Shown here: one piece after another, positions 56,417-64,000 of the stretch
How positions within the stretch are numbered: position 1 is the first letter of the stretch
Layout of the letters: the number at the start of each line of letters is the position of its first letter
Source of the DNA: Hyalangium minutum
GTDB taxonomy: Bacteria; Myxococcota; Myxococcia; Myxococcales; Myxococcaceae
Assembly: GCF_000737315.1 (NCBI RefSeq)
Contig: NZ_JMCB01000014.1
Location: 124,001 to 188,000, forward strand
Reading direction: 5' to 3'
DNA: 64,000 bases
Notes under the pieces: generated by a model
The model's input: the letters and a program-made list of their open reading frames with translations, nothing else
What the model was told of the DNA's origin: nothing
Database searches by the model: none
Made by a program: the position numbers and the translations under genes

Positions 56417-58123
56417 CTACTTCTTCGGGGCCTCGGCGGTGCCGTACTGGCGCACGAGCTGGTCAGCGGTGACGAAGCGGGGCTCGATGTCCACGGGGAC
56501 GTTCTTGAGCTTGTCGAGCACCTTCCGCACCTCGGGGCGGACCACGCCCAGCTTCGAGAGCAGGGCCTCGGCCTGGGCCCGGTCGCCACGGCCCTGGAGC
56601 TCCATGAGCTCCTTCGTCAGCGCGGTGACGGACGCCTGGATCTTGTCGGGGACGACGGCGAAGGTGCCATCCGGGTTCACCACCACCGCGCCGGTGTCGA
56701 GGAAGTGGTTGAGCTGGAGAGCCACGCCCTTGCCGTGAGCCTCGTCCGTGCCGAAGCGGATGGAGCGGAACATCGAGGCCAGATAGGTGGTGTACATGGT
56801 GCGCTCCATCGCCTTGTCGAGCACGCCTTTGCTCACCAGCTGCTGCAGCGCCCAGAGGCCGGAGATGTCCGCCTTGGCCTCCTCAATGGCGCTGGAGGAC
56901 ACCTGGAGCGCCTGGCGCACGGTGGTCTCCTTGCCGCCCACCGTGATGTTGTGGGGCCCCAGCCCGTGCATCAACTCGTGCATGAGGATGTGGGTGAAGA
57001 AGGCATCGAAGGCCACGTTCGACCGGTCCTTCGCGGCGAGCGCCACCTGGGCGATGGGCTGCAGCACGCGCTGGAACTTGGCCTCCTGCACGTTCTTGAG
57101 CATCACGCGCTTGCTGCCCTTCTCCGCGGTGACGCGCTCGTCATTGGGCAAGTTGTAGGCGGCCGTCTGCACGCCCCGGTTGGCATCGCCCGAGGAGAAG
57201 ATGCTGTTCACGACACGGATGGGCGCCAGCGCTCCAAGCTTCGGGTTGCGCATCTTCGGCTCGATGGGGAGCGCGTTCTCCAGGCCCTGGAGCTCGCTGC
57301 CGAAGCGCGCCAGCTTCTGCGTCTCCACGTCATCGCGCACGGTGATGAAGGCCTCGAAGGCGGCCTTGTAGTTGAACCAGTTGTCCTCGTAGACCTCGTA
57401 AGGCCCGATGGTCGGCTCCACGCTGGCGTCCAGCTCCATCCACGCCACCTCGCTGGCGTAGTAATCGTTGGAGAGGAACGCGTCCGCGCGAGAGTTGAGG
57501 AACGCCTTGAGCGTGGGCTGCTGGGTGAGCGCCGCGGCCTCGCGCAGCAGCTGGGAGGCCAGGACCAGCTCGCCCTGGTACTCTACGCTGTAGGGCACCG
57601 TGATGAACTTGCTGTCCGGGCCCCGGCGGATGGTGGTGTAGAAGCCCGTGGCCTGGCGCTGCTGGGGCTCGGGCAGCGTCTTGATCCACTGATCCACCGC
57701 CTCCTTGGTCGCGCCCGCCGGGTAGAAGTTGCCAGAAGCGAGCGGCCCCGCCGGAACACCCGGGATGAAGGCATGGCCCTCGTCCAGGCGCGACCACGGG
57801 CCCTTGTTGAGGAGGAACGCGTGGAGCCGCTCGCGGCCCAGCGGGGTGGTGTCCTCGATCAGCTCCAGCAAGAGCGTCTCGTTGCCCGCCCAGGACTGGC
57901 GCATGAAGAGCGTGTCCATGAGCTGGGCGGCTTGCACCATCTTCGCCAGCGCCCGCTTCTCGGTGTCGGGGAGCTTGGAGACGTCGACCTTGAGGTCCAC
58001 GGGCGCGAAGCGCGCGGTCATGCTCCGGAGTTGGTTCGCATCGGGCAGCGCGGCGGGCTCCGCAGCCCAGGCTGTGCCCACCAGGAGCACGGAGGTCAGC
58101 AGGGACAGGAGGTAGCGGGTCAT
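56417..58123 (-). CDS. Secreted M49 family peptidase (dipeptidyl-peptidase III, HEXXH type)
   Basis: Signal peptide, IGPYEVYED, AAYNLPNDE, HELMHGLGP and EEAKAD. Confidence 0.85.
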   Translation of the reverse strand: MTRYLLSLLTSVLLVGTAWAAEPAALPDANQLRSMTARFAPVDLKVDVSKLPDTEKRALAKMVQAAQLMDTLFMRQSWAGNETLLLELIEDTTPLGRERLHAFLLNKGPWSRLDEGHAFIPGVPAGPLASGNFYPAGATKEAVDQWIKTLPEPQQRQATGFYTTIRRGPDSKFITVPYSVEYQGELVLASQLLREAAALTQQPTLKAFLNSRADAFLSNDYYASEVAWMELDASVEPTIGPYEVYEDNWFNYKAAFEAFITVRDDVETQKLARFGSELQGLENALPIEPKMRNPKLGALAPIRVVNSIFSSGDANRGVQTAAYNLPNDERVTAEKGSKRVMLKNVQEAKFQRVLQPIAQVALAAKDRSNVAFDAFFTHILMHELMHGLGPHNITVGGKETTVRQALQVSSSAIEEAKADISGLWALQQLVSKGVLDKAMERTMYTTYLASMFRSIRFGTDEAHGKGVALQLNHFLDTGAVVVNPDGTFAVVPDKIQASVTALTKELMELQGRGDRAQAEALLSKLGVVRPEVRKVLDKLKNVPVDIEPRFVTADQLVRQYGTAEAPKK

Positions 58124-58270
58124 GGGCCGGGCTTCTTAGCGCCTTCCCTGCCGGGTGGGGAGCACTGCCAACCGCCAGGACCCCAGGCATGCAGCCTTTC
58201 TAACTCGACAAGTCCTCTGGAATGGTTATGGGGATCAGGTCACGCCCGTGTCCAGGCGTCCGGAGGAACC

Positions 58271-60274
58271 ATGTCCGTCGAATCCCAGCGGGAGACCCAT
58301 TCTTTCCAGGCTGAAATCAATCAGTTGCTCAACCTGGTCATCAACTCCCTCTATAGCCACAAGGAGATCTTCCTGCGCGAGCTGGTGTCCAACGCGTCCG
58401 ACGCGCTGGACAAGCTTCGCTTCCGCACCATCACCGAGCCCGAGCTGCTCGGAGACCAGACCGCGCTGGAGATCCGCATCATCCCCAACGCCGACGCGGG
58501 CACCCTCACCATCGAGGACACCGGCATCGGCATGACGCACGACGAGCTGGTGAAGAACCTGGGCACCATCGCCCACTCCGGCTCGCGAGAGTTCCTGGAG
58601 CTGCTCTCCCAGCGCGGCCAGAAGGATGTGAACCTGATTGGCCAGTTCGGCGTGGGCTTCTACAGCGCCTACCTCGTCGCGGACCGGGTGGAGGTGGTGA
58701 GCCGCCCCGCCGGCAAGGACGCGCAGGCCTTCCGCTGGATCTCCGAGGCGAAGGGCACCTTCACCATAGAGCCCGCCGAGCGCACCACGCGCGGCACCGC
58801 TGTCACCTTGCACCTCAAGGCGGACCAGAAGGAGTTCCTGGACGAGTGGCGGCTGCGCTCGCTCATCACCCAGTACTCGGACTACGTGGGCCACCCCATC
58901 CAGCTCCAGGTGAAGAAGCCCTCGGAGGTGATTGACGCGTCGACGGGCCAGAAGGGCACCACCTCCTCCTTCGAGACCGTCAACAAGGCCAGCGCCCTCT
59001 GGCAGCGCTCCAAGTCGGACATCACCGACGAGCAGTACCAAGAGTTCTACAAGCACCTCACCCACGACTTCGAGCCGCCTCTGGCGTGGACGCACTTCCG
59101 CACGGACGGCAACCAGCAGTTCACCAGCCTCCTCTTCGTACCCAAGCACAAGCCGTTCGACATGGATGGCACGGCGCGGCGCCGGGGCGTGCGCCTGTTC
59201 GTCAAGCGCGTCTTCATCATGGACGACTGCGAGGAGCTGCTACCGCCGTGGCTGCGCTTCGTGCGCGGCGTGGTGGACTCGGATGACCTGCCGCTCAACG
59301 TGTCGCGCGAGCTGCTGCAGGACTCGGCGGTGGTGCGCTCCATCCGCAAGCACGTGGTGAAGAAGACGCTGGACCTGCTGGAGAAGCTCTCCAAGGACAA
59401 GCCCGAGGACTACCTCACGCTGTGGAAGAACTTCGGCCCCATCCTCAAGGAGGGGCTGGCCTCGGACAACGAGCAGAAAGAGAAGCTGGGCGCGCTGGTG
59501 CGCTACGAGAGCAGCCACCAGGACGGGCTCACCTCGCTGGCGGACTACGTGTCGCGCATGAAGGAGGGCCAGCAGGCCATCTATTACGTGTTCGGCGAGT
59601 CCCGGAAGGCGCTGGAGGGCTCGCCGCACCTCGAGGCGCTGCGCAAGCGCGGCTACGAGGTGCTCTACCTGACCGACCCCGTGGACGAGTGGGCCGCCCA
59701 GGGGCTGCGCGAGTTCAACGGCAAGCCGCTCGTCTCCGCGCTCCAGGCGGACCTCAAGCTCCAGGAGACGGACGAAGAGAAGAAGGAGAAGGAGCAGCAC
59801 GCCGAGGGACTCAAGTCCCTCACCGAGCGGATGAAGGAGGTACTCAAGAACGCGGTGAGCGAGGTGCGCGTCACCCACCGCCTCACGGACTCGCCGGTGT
59901 GCCTGGTGCTGCCCGAGGGCGGCTCGCCCGCCTTCCTGGAGCGCCTGCTGCGCGAGCATGGGCGAGACATGCCCCGGGCCCGGCGCATCCTCGAGGTGAA
60001 CCCCTCGCACCCCATCGTCGAGCACCTGCGCAAGCTCCACGAGCGGGACGCGACATCCGAGAAGGTCACCGAGTGGATCGAGCTGCTGCATGACCAGGCG
60101 CTGCTCACCGAGGGCAGCCCCCTGGAGGACCCGAACCGCTTCGCCAGGCGGATGACGGCGCTGCTCACGCAGGTGGCGGCCCAGACGGTGGAGCCCTCCA
60201 GCAATGGGGCGGCCTCGGCCACTCAGGCCTCGGAGACGGCGGCCACGACTGGCGGCTCCTCGCCCCAGGCCTGA
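58271..60274 (+). CDS. htpG: Hsp90 chaperone HtpG
   Basis: [57 protein letters not shown] and [17 protein letters not shown] before ATG 58271. Confidence 0.97.
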
Positions 60275-60289
60275 AGCCTCGGGCGCTGA

Positions 60290-62029
<1,740 letters not shown>

Positions 62030-62042
62030 GCGGCCCGCTCCC

Positions 62043-63983
<1,941 letters not shown>

Positions 63984-64000
63984 GAGTGGGCTCGGATGCT

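Noticed and set aside
58200-58240. Sigma32-like or CIRCE/HAIR heat-shock element before htpG
   Set aside because: CCCCATAA is on the opposite strand with no matching -35, and no CIRCE or HAIR inverted repeat is seen.

Overview
High-GC DNA from a myxobacterium, most likely Cystobacterineae (Stigmatella/Hyalangium/Archangium-like). This is inferred from gene content: a CheA-REC chemosensory cluster, several Hanks-type Ser/Thr kinases, an AgmC-like/MYXO-CTERM surface protein and many lipoproteins. The core-like backbone is the clpA 3' end, a 7-gene chemosensory operon, fabI, sucAB, a cold-shock gene, DPP-IV, a UPF0489-like gene, then (after an accessory block) a PAS kinase, an Omp85 protein, btuF, a kinase-TBDR-lipoprotein operon, msrPQ, crtW, a DPP-III, htpG and two tandem kinases. 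Accessory inserts are (i) a two-lipoprotein cassette (JAB/MPN-like protein plus partner) between clpA and the Che operon and (ii) a block at about 19-42 kb. That block holds a glycine-zipper protein with a coupled partner, a TetR-controlled Baeyer-Villiger monooxygenase/beta-propeller pair, a 1766-aa Ser/Thr kinase-AAA-GAF-histidine kinase, a Tat amidohydrolase and a 2308-aa Ig/Kelch surface protein with 159-bp internal tandem repeats. No rRNA, tRNA, CRISPR array, integrase or transposase was recognised. The best candidates for an undescribed system are the kinase(PEGA)-TPR/TonB receptor-lipoprotein operon (possible trans-envelope signalling through a Hanks kinase) and the two toxin/immunity-like gene pairs. 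All family calls are by motif recognition by eye. No database search was run.
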